From positions 5,580,001-5,644,000 of the forward strand of contig NC_043025.1 in NCBI RefSeq assembly GCF_006345805.1: a stretch of 64,000 nucleotides of DNA. The letters are read 5' to 3'. Positions 1-11,440 of this stretch are shown one piece after another. The stretch comes from Octopus sinensis (lineage: Eukaryota). The notes under the pieces were generated by a model, which was not told the origin of the DNA, did no database searches, and was given only the letters and a program-made list of their open reading frames with translations. How positions within the stretch are numbered: position 1 is the first letter of the stretch; the number at the start of each line of letters is the position of its first letter. Both the position numbers and the translations under genes were made by a program.

Positions 1-24
1 CACTTTAACACATTCTCTTTTCCT

Positions 25-335
25 CTTTCTCTTTATACTTGTTTCAGTCATTTTGACTGCGGCCATGCTGGAGCACCGCCTTTTAATCGAGCAACTCGAC
101 CCCGGGACTTATTCTTTGTAAGCCCAGTACTTATTCTATCGCTTCCTCTTGCCGAACCGCTAAGTGACGGGGACATAAACACACCAGCATCAGTTGTCAA
201 GCAATGCTAGGGGTACAAACACAGACACACAAACACACACACATACATACATATATATATATACATATATACGATAGGCTTCTTTCAGTTTCCGTCTACC
301 AAATCCACTCACAAGGCATTGGTCAGCCCGGGGCT
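25..335 (-). mobile_element. SINE family A, partial
   Basis: Reverse complement of the family A 3' half, including the CR1-like tail. Confidence 0.8.
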
Positions 336-619
336 ATAGCAGAAACTGAAAGAATCCCATCATATACGTGTATGTGTGTGTGTGTGTGTGTCTTTGTGTC
401 AGTAGTTGACCCCCGCCACTGCTTGACAACTGGTGTTGGTGTGTTTACATCCCCCCTAACACAGCAGTTCAGTAAAACAAACCAATAGAGTAAATATCAG
501 CCTTAAGAGCAAAAAGGACTGGGTTTGATTTTTTTTTGCAACTAAAATTTCTCATGGCAGTGCTCCAGCATGGCATCAGTCTAAGACAGACACAAGTAAA
601 AGATAAATGATACTAATTA

Positions 620-1304
620 AACCAGAACTCATTCTATGACACACACAAACACACAGACACACACAGACAGACAGCACACACACACACACACACACAGTCA
701 CACACACATGCACAAACACACACACACAAACACACACACACAAACAACACACACAAACAACACACACAAACAACACACACAAACACAGACATACACAGGC
801 ACACACACACAGACGCACACATACACAGACGCACACATACACAGACGCACACATACACAGACGCACACATACACAGACGCACACATACACAGACGCACAC
901 ATACACAGACGCACACATACACAGACGCACACATACACAGACGCACACATACACAGACGCACACATACACAGACGCACACATACACAGACGCACACATAC
1001 ACAGACGCACACATACACAGACGCACACACACACACGCACACACAAACACGCACACACAAACACGCACACACAAACACACAGACACAAACACACAGACAC
1101 AAACACACAGAGAAACACACACACAGAGAAACACACACACACACACACACAGAGAAACACACACACACACACACACAGAGAAACACACACACACACACAC
1201 ACACAGAGAAACACACACACACACACAGACACACACACACACACAGACACACACACACACACACAGACACACACACACACAGACACACACACACACACAG
1301 ACAC

Positions 1305-1337
<33 letters not shown>
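620..1337. repeat. (CA)n-based microsatellite with a 16-bp sub-array
   Basis: agacgcacacatacac repeated from 811 to about 1025. Confidence 0.95.
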
Positions 1338-1691
1338 TTCGAGTGTGTGGTTGATAGATAGGATCATCATAAACCTCTGTGTTTCGTAATCTTTCATCTT
1401 TCTTTGACCTGTAACGTCTAAAGTTCTGTGTCTGATAAAATGGTGATAGATATGTCCTCTCTACCCCCGCACACACACACACACACACTCTTACTAAACG
1501 CCTCTCTGTCTCCATTGTATCAAAAATATATCTAGATATATATATCTTGGAAATGTCTGCCTATCAACTCTGGCTCTCACTTTCTTTTTTCTTCTTCGCC
1601 CTCTCTCCCTGCATTCATGCATACATATATGTATGTGTGTGGGTGTGTGTATACGCACACACACACATACATACATACATGTAGGTATATA

Positions 1692-1728
<37 letters not shown>

Positions 1729-1845
1729 TTATATACACATACATATATATATATGATCTGAATGATATGATATATATATATGTAAAAAATGTAATATATA
1801 AATAAATATCTATAAATATAAACCATCCGATCTGATTACCTCATT

Positions 1846-1889
<44 letters not shown>

Positions 1890-1895
1890 TGTGTA

Positions 1896-1951
<56 letters not shown>

Positions 1952-2037
1952 CACATACATACATATATGTATGTGTGTTTGTATATATATATATATATAT
2001 ATGTATATACACATACATACATATATGTATGTGTGTT

Positions 2038-2075
<38 letters not shown>

Positions 2076-2171
2076 CATACATATATGTATGTGTGTTTGT
2101 ATATATATATATATATATATTTATGTATATAAATACACATACATACTTATATGTATGTGTGTTTGTATATA

Positions 2172-2211
<40 letters not shown>

Positions 2212-2249
2212 GCATAAATGTATATGTGTGTATATATATTCATGTATAT

Positions 2250-3292
2250 CATCATCATCAGATTTGTTTAACGTCTGCTTTCTATGCTGGCATGGGTTGG
2301 ATGGTTTGACTGAGGACTGGCAATCCAGAAGGCTGCACCAGGCCCAGTCTGGTCTGGCAAAATTTCTACAGCTGGATGCCCTTCCTAATGCCAACTACTC
2401 CAAGATTGTAGTGGGTGCTCTTACGTGCCACCGGCACAAGGGCCAGTCAGGCGGTACTGGCAACAGCCATGCTCAAATGGTGCCGCTGGACTGTCTCCTG
2501 TGCAGGTGGTATGTAAGGCAGCGAGCTGGCAGAACCGTTAGCACGCCGGGCGAAATGGTTAGCGGTATTTCATCCTTTCGGGATCGATTAAATAAGTACC
2601 AGTTATGCACTGGGGTCGGTGTAATTGACTTAATCTCTTTGTCTGTCCTTGTTTGCCCTCTCTATGTTTAGCCCTTTGTGGGTAATAAAGAAATAGGTAT
2701 TTCGTCTGTTGTTACGTTCTGAGTTCAAATTCCGCCGAGGTCGACTTTGCCTTTCATCCTTTCGGGGTCGATAAATTAAGTACCTATTACGCACTGGGGT
2801 CGGTGTAATTGACTTAATCTCTTTGTCTGTCCTTGTTTGCCCTCTCTATGTTTAGCCCTTTGTGGGTAATAAAGAAATAGGTATTTCGTCTGTTGTTACG
2901 TTCTGAGTTCAAATTCCGCCGAGGTCGACTTTGCCTTTCATCCTTTCGGGGTCGATAAATTAAGTACCTATTACGCACTGGGGTCGGTGTAATTGACTTA
3001 ATCTCTTTGTCTGTCCTTGTTTGCCCTCTCTATGTTTAGCCCTTTGTGGGTAATAAAGAAATATGTACTGGCATCGGTCACGACAGTGACTTCACTTGAC
3101 TCAGCAGGTCTTCACAAGCACAGTTTATTGGTCAATGGTTAAAGGGTACTCTTAAATCGGCCTGTTATGCTGCACTGGCATAGGCCACGGTTACGGTTTC
3201 ACTTGACTTGCCGGGTCTTCTCACGCACAGCATATCTCCAAAGGTTTCAATCACTTGTCATTGCCTCCGTGAGACCCAACGTTGAAAGGTCT
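2250..3292 (-). mobile_element. RTE 3'-end fragment (family C tail) split by a nested SINE-B trimer
   Basis: 2250-2510 matches the reverse complement of the 22100-22340 LINE tail. 3063-3292 on - encodes DLSTLGLTEAMT...YAVREKT, like the LINE C-terminus. Confidence 0.75.
2515..3063 (+). mobile_element. SINE family B trimer (one head plus 184-bp body repeats)
   Basis: Head gcgagctggcagaa..gttagc, B box GAGTTCAAATT. Junction GAAATAGGTATTTC at 2690 and 2874. Confidence 0.88.
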
Positions 3293-3649
3293 TACTTCAC
3301 GTATATTTATTTGTACACACAATTTATACATTTATCTATCTGTCTATCTACCTACTAATCTATCTACCTACTAATCTGTCTATCTATCTCCCAATCTATG
3401 TACCTATCTACTAATCTATCTATCTGTCTATCTACCAATCTTATTTCTTTATTGCCCACATGGTGCTAAAGATAGAGGGGGCAAACAAGGACAGATAAAG
3501 GGATTAAATCACCAGTGTGTGACTGGTATTTAATTTATTGGCTACGAAAGGATGAAAGTCAAAGTCGACCTCGGCGGGATTTGAACTCAGAACGTAACGG
3601 CAGACGAAATTCGCCTGGCGTGCTAACGTTTCTGCCATCTCGCCACCTT

Positions 3650-3677
3650 ATTTCTATCTACCAATCTATCCATCTAC

Positions 3678-3739
<62 letters not shown>

Positions 3740-3790
3740 CCTATCTATCTACTTATCTATCTATCTACCTATCTATCTACCTACCTATCC

Positions 3791-3847
<57 letters not shown>

Positions 3848-3970
3848 CCTATCCATCTACCTATCTATCTATCTGTCTATCCATCTACCTATCTATCTAT
3901 CTACCTATCAATCTGCATCTCTATCAATCTATCTACCTACCTACCTACCTACCTATCTATCTATCTATCT
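3650..3970. repeat. (TCTA)n tract directly before a TMEM120 acceptor (another at 51545-51725)
   Basis: Visible tetranucleotide array. Confidence 0.95.
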
Positions 3971-3990
3971 ATATTTATTTATTTATTTAG

Positions 3991-4083
3991 GTTTTGTATA
4001 CGTTATGCAGTATTATTACCAAAACGGTTGTCTCTACCGACTTCGTACACTCGGTAAAAGACATGGCATGGACATCACAGTAG
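3991..4083 (+). CDS. TMEM120: TMEM120 family internal coding exon (phase 1/1, 93 nt)
   Basis: tttatttatttAG|...CACAGTAG|GTAAGT. Translates (G)[30 protein letters not shown](E), matching the TMEM120A motif [26 protein letters not shown]. Confidence 0.95.
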   Translation, partial: VLYTLCSIITKTVVSTDFVHSVKDMAWTSQ

Positions 4084-4361
4084 GTAAGTTGTCTCCCTTG
4101 TTTTTTCTGAATCTTATCTCGGTTATGTCCCTTGAACAATTATTGTTCATATGTTTGTACATTCTTGTATTAACGCAAGGCCGAGTTGCTTTTTAACAGA
4201 ATATCTTTATTGCCAGACACCAGTCTAAATAGAATTCGTGGGATCGTTTGAGCCTTAGACAGGGTGCCTTGTGCTGTTTGCCCTATTTCTTTACATTCTG
4301 AGTTCAAATTCCACTTTGATCTACTTGTTGGGTAGACTTAATTCTTCATTTTTGTTTAACG

Positions 4362-4893
4362 CAGTGGTGTACTCAACCGGGGTTCATATAACAAAATACT
4401 AAATTCGGGATCCAGCAGCAATTTAAGGGCCCCCTGAAAAAATATGCTTTTAATATATGTATTGGTTATGTATTGCAAGAAACAGCTGGGTTTCTTTCTC
4501 CAACATTTTCCATAGTTCAACCTACACAAGTTGATGTGTGAGAAACAAAATAGGAATTTTGAAAGAAGTTTCTATAAAACTAGATTTAAACATTGAATGT
4601 CTATGAAGGTCCACCAGAATGAAATAGTAATCAAAAGGGTCCATAGATAAGGAATAGAGAACCCCTGCTTTAGATGTATGTATTGGTTATGTATTGCAAG
4701 AAATAGCTGGGTTTCTTTCTCTAACATTTTCCATAGTTCAACCTACACAAGTTAATGTGTGTAAAACAAAATAGGAATTTTGAAAGAAGTTTCTATAAAA
4801 CTAGTTTTTAAACATCGAATGGCTATGAGGGGTCCACCTGAATAAAATAGTAATCGAAGGGGTCCATTGATAAGAAATGGTTGAGACCCCTCG
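4362..4893. mobile_element. Degenerate hAT-like MITE with internal duplication of about 220 bp
   Basis: Ends cagtggtgtactcaacc ... ggttgagacccc resemble CAGTGGTTCTCAACC-type TIRs; 4455-4660 is repeated at 4675-4880. Confidence 0.5.
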
Positions 4894-5039
4894 TTTTTTC
4901 CCTGTTGCCTGAATCTTGGTTGCTTTTAGCTGGGTTCACTCTGTTGCAATTACTAGGTTCGTGGGGCAAGTTGGTAAGTAGATGTTGGATGACCCAGCAA
5001 AGGAACCCTAGGTTACTTAGTGGCACACTTTCTGTTTAT

Positions 5040-5425
5040 TTAACTTTTATCTCTTACTTGTTTCACTCATTCGGCTGCGACCAAGCTGGGGCACTGCCTT
5101 GAAGAATTATCAGTTAAACATATCTACCCCAGAATTTATAAGTCTTGTGCTTATTCTATCAGTGTCTTTTGGTGAACTGCTAAGTTATGGGGCATAAACA
5201 CATTAACACTGGTTGTCAAGCAACGGTGGGGACAAACAGACACAAAGACACAAACATACACACACACACACACACATGCGTGATATGGGCTTCTTTCAGT
5301 TTCCATCTACCAAATCCACTCACAAGACTTTGGCTGGCTCAAGGCTATAGAAGACACTTGCCCAAGGTGCCACACAGTGGAACTGAACACAGAACCATGT
5401 GATTGGAAAGCAAGCTTCTTACCAC
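5040..5425 (-). mobile_element. SINE family A, diverged near-full copy
   Basis: Reverse complement of the family A consensus seen at 5603-5996. Confidence 0.75.
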
Positions 5426-5602
5426 ACACCCACGCCTGCGCCTTTTTAATTATAAAAATATGGTAGGATATTTTTTACATATCGAAAGGCTATGAGTGCC
5501 CATCTGAGTAAAATAGGATACCGAGAGGTCCATAGGGTAAAAAATTTGGGGTCCCATTGCTATAAATGTCCCCTATTTGACAATGTCATCATGGACATAC
5601 AT

Positions 5603-5996
5603 GGCGCAGGAGTGGTTGTGTGGTAAGTAGCTTGCTAACCAGCCATATGGTTCCGGGTTCAGTCCCACTGCGTGGCATCTTGGGCAAGTGTCTTCTGCTA
5701 TAGCCCCGGGCTGACCAATGCTTTGTGAGTGGATTTGGTAGACGGAAACTGAAACAAGCCTGTCGTATATATGTATATATATGTATGTGTGTGTTTGTGT
5801 ATCTGTGTTTGTCCCCCTAGCATTGCTTGACAACCGATGTGGGTGTGTTTATGTCCCCGTTACTTAGCGGTTCGGCAAAAAAGACCGATAGAATAAGTAC
5901 TGGGCTTACAAAGAATAAGTCCCAGGGTCGATTTGCTTGACTAAAGGCGGTGCTCCAGCATGGCCGCAGTCAAATGACTGAAACCTGTAAAAGAGT
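5603..5996 (+). mobile_element. SINE family A (tRNA-derived, about 400 bp, internal TA/TG microsatellite)
   Basis: A box TGGTTGTGTGG, B box GGTTCAGTCCC, tail GGCGGTGCTCCAGCATGGCCGCAGTCAAATGACTGAAAC. More than 15 copies in the window. Confidence 0.9.
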
Positions 5997-6124
5997 ATAC
6001 AAGTCGGGGTGGTTGGACATGGCTGAAACTATTTTGATCAGGGGCCACTTAAATTACAACATCAACAACACAAACCACCCTAACTAATCCCCTTAATTTT
6101 GTCCTTGTTTGTTGTCTATTTCAG

Positions 6125-6189
6125 AGGGTTTCATGTCTTGGATGTGGAAAGGGTTGGCATTCCTCCTGCCTCTATTGTTTTTTGGTTAT
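6125..6189 (+). CDS. TMEM120: TMEM120 family internal coding exon (phase 1/0, 65 nt)
   Basis: gtctatttcAG|...GGTTAT|GTAAGT. Translates EGFMSWMWKGLAFLLPLLFFGY (TMEM120A: [21 protein letters not shown]). Phase is compatible with both neighbours. Confidence 0.95.
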
Positions 6190-6269
6190 GTAAGTATTTT
6201 CTCTCACTCTTTAATCTTAATCTCACCTAAGTGGGTAATACTGGTATAATCCCCTGTGCTGGTGCCACG

Positions 6270-6900
6270 TGAAAGCACCCGCGCAGTGCCACATAAAAGC
6301 ACCTGTGTTGGTGCCATGTAAGATTGCCTATGCTGTCTCATGTAAAAGCCCGTGTTGGTGCCACATCAAATTACCCATGCTGTGCCATGTAAAAGTGCCC
6401 ATGCAGTACCACAAAGAGCATCCATGCAGTGCCACATAAAATCCCCCGTGCAGTGCCATGTAAAATCCCTCAAGCAGTGCCACATAAAATCCCCCAAGCA
6501 GTGCCATGTAAAAGCACCCATGCTGGTGCCACATAAAATCCCCCATGCAGTGCCACATAAAATCCCCCAAGCAGTGCCACTTAAAATCCCCCAAGCAGTG
6601 CCATGTAAAAGCACCCACGCTGGTGCCACATAAAATCCCCCAAGCAGTGCCACATAAAATCCCCCAAGCAGTACCATGTAAAAGCACCCATGCTGGTGCC
6701 ACATAAAATCCCTCGTGCAGTGCCACATAAATTCCCCCAAGCAGTGCCACATAAAATCCCCCAAGCAGTGCCATGTAAAAGCACCCATGCTTGTGCCACA
6801 TAAAATCCCCCGTGCAGTGCCACATAAAAGCTCCGAGGCCACTGTCACATAAGAGCACCCATGTCGCTGTCATGTAGATGTGTCCATGCTGGTGTCATGT
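6270..6900. repeat. 24-25-bp minisatellite
   Basis: gcagtgccacataaaatcccccaa / gtgccatgtaaaagcaccc variants. Confidence 0.9.
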
Positions 6901-7067
6901 AAAAAGCACCCAGTACACTCTGTGGAGTGGTTGTCATTAAGAAAGGGCTTCCAGCCTTGGAAACCCTGCTAAAAGCAGACAACGGAGCCTGACAATAGAG
7001 TCTTCTTGGCCAGCTCCTGTCAAACCGTCCAACCCATGCCAGCATGGAGAACAGATGATGATGATGA
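6900..7067 (+). mobile_element. Family C (RTE-tail) short copy in a TMEM120 intron
   Basis: aagggcttccagcc...ccgtccaacccatgccagcatgg followed by (GAT)n. Confidence 0.7.
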
Positions 7068-7086
7068 TTTCTTTTTTCTACTTCAG

Positions 7087-7155
7087 ATATTCCAAATTTA
7101 CAATGCCTATGTATTGTGGACCCTCACATATGATCCTCGGTGTACAGAGTGGCAG
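7087..7155 (+). CDS. TMEM120: TMEM120 family internal coding exon (phase 0/0, 69 nt)
   Basis: ttttttctacttcAG|...TGGCAG|GTAGGT. Translates IFQIYNAYVLWTLTYDPRCTEWQ (TMEM120A: [23 protein letters not shown]). Confidence 0.95.
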
Positions 7156-7529
7156 GTAGGTTATTTGAGCCATTGTCCACTTTTTACCCTTTACGTCCAG
7201 ACTACTTTTCTTTTTACTCTTCATATAATAAGAAAAAAATTTTCTTTTCTTAATATTCAACCAAGCTGAGGTCTTACCTCCACATTTAGCTGGTCATGTG
7301 TGTGTGTGTGGTGTGTGTGTGTGTATGCACCTGTGTGCATGTATGTGTGTCCACCTGTGTAAATGTGTTCACCTCTGTGTGTGTGAGTGGATACAGGCAT
7401 CCAGCAACAGGACCTCCGTAATACCATGATGGACCGTGAAGTCTGGCGTAGCATGGTAAATTCCATTGTCTCGACCACGGTCAAACAATGATGAATGATG
7501 TGAGTGTCCACCTTTGTATGCGAATGGCC

Positions 7530-8750
7530 ACCTCTGTGTGTGTTTGTTTACCTCCATGTGTGTTTGTCCATGTGTGTGTGTCCACGTGTGTGTGTCCACC
7601 TGTGTGTGTGTGCGTGTCTACCTGTGTGTGTTTGTGTGTCCATCTGTGTATGTATGTTTGTGTCCACCTGTGTGTGTTTGTGTGTCCATCTGTGTATGTG
7701 TCCACCTGTGTGTCCATCTGTGTATGTATGTTTGTGTCCACCTGTGTGTGTTTGTGTCCATCTGTGTATGTGCGTTTGTGTCCGCCTGTGTATGTATGTT
7801 TGTGTCCACCTGTGTGGGTTTGTGTGTCCATCTGTGTATGTTTGTGTCCACCTGTGTGTGTTTGTGTGTCCATCTGTTTATGTGCGTTTGTGTCCACCTG
7901 TGTGTGACCACTTGTGTGTATGTGTGTCCACCTGTGTCTATGTCCATGTCAACCTTTGTGTGTGACCACTTGTGTGTATGTGTGTCCACCTGTGTCTATG
8001 TCCATGTCAACCTTTGTGTGTGACCACTTGTGTGTATGTGTGTCCACCTGTGTCTGTCCATGTCAACCTTTGTGTGTGACCACTTGTGTGTATGTGTGTC
8101 CACCTGTGTCTATGTCCATGTCAACCTTTGTGTGTGACCATTTGTGTGTATGTGTGTCCACCTGTGTCTATGTCCATGTCAACCTTTGTGTGTGACCATT
8201 TGTGTGTATATGTGTCCACCTGTGTCTATGTCCATGTCAACCTTTGTGTGTGACCACTTGTGTGTATGTGTGTCCACCTGTGTCTATGTCCATGTCAACC
8301 TTTGTGTGTGACCACTTGTGTGTATGTGTGTCCACCTGTGTCTGTCCATGTCAACCTTTGTGTGACCACTTGTGTGTATGTGTGTCCACCTGTGTCTATG
8401 TCCATGTCAACCTTTGTGTGTCCACCTGTGTCTATGTCCATGTCAACCTTTGTGTGTGACCACTTGTGTGTATGTGTGTCCACCTGTGTCTATGTCCATG
8501 TCAACCTTTGTGTGTGACCACTTGTGTGTATATGTGTCCACCTGTGTCTATGTCTATGTCAACCTTTGTGTGACCACTTGTGTGTATGTGTGTCCACCTG
8601 TGCCTATGTCCATGTCAACCTTTGTGTGTGACTATTTGTGTGTATGTGTGTCCACCTGTGTCTATGTCCATGTCAACCTTTGTGTGTGACCATTTGTGTG
8701 TATGTGTGTCCACCTGTGTCTATGTCCATGTCAACCTTTGTGTGTGTGTC
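7530..8750. repeat. TG-rich degenerate array grading into a 58-bp minisatellite (about 15 copies from 7901)
   Basis: tgtgtgaccacttgtgtgtatgtgtgtccacctgtgtctatgtccatgtcaacctttg. Confidence 0.95.
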
Positions 8751-8838
8751 CACCTACTATTGTCTGACCCTTTCATTTATAACTAAACACACCACCACCA
8801 CCACAATCATTAATCCCCTCTCCCCCTCTCTTCCTCAG

Positions 8839-9312
8839 GTGACTGCCCTGAGTGCGATTACCTTCGGCCTGGCCGCAGGCAACACACTGACCACCCTGGT
8901 TGTCATTCGGGATAAACTCAGCAAAGACGGCTTCACCCTGCGCAACTTCCGTCACAAGTACCGCTACAACACTACGGCCGGCGGTCAACCTGCGCAGGCG
9001 TCCTCTTCGCCGTCGACCTCGAAGAAAACACAGAAGACCACTACCACCGCTACGGCTGCCACCTCTTCGACCACTTCTGTCCCTCCTTCTACTACTTCTA
9101 CTACTACTACTACTACTCCTGCTGCAAGCACTACCACTGTTGATGCGACTACTACTACTACAACTACTACTCCTATTCCTACTGCTACCCCCACACCTGC
9201 TGATATTACTACCACCACCACCACTACTACTACATCTACTACTGCTTCGACCACTACGGCCACTACTCGGCCTTCATCGTCACAAGAACAGGAGACATGC
9301 GAAGTGAAGTGA
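8839..9312 (+). CDS. TMEM120: TMEM120 terminal coding exon: last TM helix plus long Thr/Ser-rich tail
   Basis: ctctcttcctcAG|GTG, phase 0. VTALSAITFGLAAGNTLTTLVVIRDKL aligns to TMEM120A [27 protein letters not shown]. The frame stays open to TGA at 9310-9312. Upstream exons are not seen in the window. Confidence 0.9.
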   Translation: MTALSAITFGLAAGNTLTTLVVIRDKLSKDGFTLRNFRHKYRYNTTAGGQPAQASSSPSTSKKTQKTTTTATAATSSTTSVPPSTTSTTTTTTPAASTTTVDATTTTTTTTPIPTATPTPADITTTTTTTTTSTTASTTTATTRPSSSQEQETCEVK

Positions 9313-9667
9313 AGTGACGTGATGTGAAGGCCTTGATGCATATCTCCCTACTTTTTTTCTTCTCGAACAACAACAGTAACAACAATAACATCAGCAGCAG
9401 CAGCAGCAGCATCGACAAACAGTAACAGCAATAATGATGACGACGACGACAATGACAACAACACTGTTTGACGGTTTTGTCCGTCAATCGAGTGAAGATC
9501 TCCACCGCGACCATCACCACAGACACCATCGCTACAACGATCACAGACAATATCGACAACAACATCCCCAATGAACAATAGCATCCAAAAATTGCAGGGA
9601 ACAACAAGACGGTGACCACCACCACCAAGAAGAACTGTGTCAATAATCAAACAAGAAATATAATATA

Positions 9668-9673
9668 AATAAA
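9668..9673 (+). promoter_or_regulatory. Candidate polyadenylation signal of TMEM120
   Basis: AATAAA about 355 nt after the stop codon, at the end of a CAA/GAC/CAC-rich 3' UTR-like stretch. Confidence 0.45.
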
Positions 9674-9822
9674 AATTTTAAAAAAAATATACAGAAATAG
9701 CTCAGAAAAGATTGTCAACAAAATTATATGTAAATAACAATCAGAACTCCCCCCCGACAACCCTGGTTCATCTCGTTATTATTATTATTATTAGTAGTAG
9801 TTTTATTAATTATTATTATTAA

Positions 9823-11225
9823 GGCAGCAAGCTGGCGGAGTCGTTAACACGCTGGGGGAAACGCTAAGTGGTAATTTGCCCATCGCTACGTTCTGAGTTC
9901 AAATTCCTCCGAGGCCAACTTTGCCTTTCGTTCCTTTCAGGGGCCGATAAATTAAGTACCAGTGAAACACTGGGGTCGATGTAATCGACTGGTCCCTTCC
10001 CCTCAAAATTTCAGGCCTTTTGCCTTTAGTAGAAAGGATTATAACTATTCTTGTTATAATTTTTATTATTATTATTGAGTGAGAGAGCAGTGTACACCAT
10101 CAAAGTGACACTGGGGTAAAATATATGAAGCCCAGTGTACCTACTCATCATGACTACCCGTCTGATAAGGGTACACCAGGCATATGCATCACGACCAAAT
10201 GTGCGCGACATGGTGATCTCATATCAAGATAAACAGCACATGACCTTGCTGGTGGGGCCCAGTTAGAAATTTCTCCTGGTTGAGGAACCCATCCTGCTCA
10301 AAAGGTCCCTGAATAAGGATTGTTTAAGGATGTTGAACGAACCACCCATGTTTCCAAAGGTGAATTATTCAAACCCCAAAGAATCCCTCTCAACACATGG
10401 CTATGATGCTCCCCAACTACTTCCGCTCATGATCAGAGATGCACATATCGTCAGCCACTAAGGGACATGCTCAACTGGTTAAGGTCAAACAACTGACAAG
10501 CAAATCTGTGGTATTGAGCAGAATATTTGCTGTAGCCCATCTTTTATACCAAGACAAAACAATGTACATGATAACACTTCCAGTCAGTTAAGATCAGAAG
10601 CCATGAGAGCCACTGCCTGGAACTGCATCAGGGCATTAGCAAATCTGTGGTATTGAGCAGAATATTTGCTGTAGCCCATCTTTTATACCAAGACAAAACA
10701 ATGTACATAACACTTCCAATCAGTTCAGATCAGAAGCCATGAGAGCCACTGCCTGGTACTGCATCAGGGCATTTATTATTATTATTATTATTATTAAGGT
10801 GGCGAGCTGGCAGAATCGTTAGCACGCTGGGCAAAATACTTAGTGGCATTTTGTCTGTCTTCACATTCCGAGTTCAAGTTCCGCCGGGGTGACTTTGCCT
10901 TTTATCCTTTTGGGGTTGAGAAATTAAGTACCAGTGAAATACTGGGGTCAATGTAATCACCTTATTGCCTCCCACCAAATTTGAGGCCTTGTGCCTCCAG
11001 TAGAAAGGATTATTATTATTATTATTAAGGTGGCAAGCTAGCAGAATCGTTAGCATGCTGGACGAAATGCCAGGTTAGGTTCTGAGTTCAATTTCTGCCA
11101 AGGTCAACTTTGCCTTTCAACCTTTCAGGGTTGATAAAATAAGTACCAGTTGATCACTGGGGTTGCTCTAATCGACTTAACCCCTTCCCCAAAATTACTG
11201 CCTTTGTGGCAAAATTTGAAACCAC
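9823..11225 (+). mobile_element. Cluster of SINE B2 variants with (ATT)n tails (9823-10040, 10795-11020, 11030-11225)
   Basis: Family B head and core but a different 3' end (aaatttcaggcctt...agaaaggattattatt). Confidence 0.75.
10077..10773 (-). mobile_element. Family D non-coding element inserted in (AAT)n, longest copy
   Basis: Both ends abut (ATT)n; terminal block of about 139 bp duplicated. Further copies at 12822-13110, 13577-14041, 14345-14648 and 14657-14930. Confidence 0.85.
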
Positions 11226-11233
11226 CGGCATTA

Positions 11234-11274
<41 letters not shown>

Positions 11275-11440
11275 TTATTATTATGAAGGTGGTGATGGCT
11301 CAGCAAAATCAATAATGACTCGCACTGACCCAAATATCTGGCACGTCCCTTTTCTTAGGCTGGACTCAAAATCATGCTAGGGTCGACTTTGTTTCACATC
11401 ATTCCTTGTCTGGAGATAGGTAACAGGTAATACGGATGCA

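Noticed and set aside
1338-1470. Minus-strand peptide [23 protein letters not shown] as a possible exon
   Set aside because: No convincing donor, no recognisable family, and it is flanked by microsatellites.
204-2217. Many CV/HT/YI-rich ORFs (also at 7.4-8.7, 22-23, 33, 38, 40, 47, 51-52 and 61-63 kb)
   Set aside because: Translations of dinucleotide and tetranucleotide microsatellites; no coding signal.
6328-6873. W/H/C/G-rich ORFs of up to 181 aa
   Set aside because: They read through a 24-25-bp minisatellite in a TMEM120 intron.
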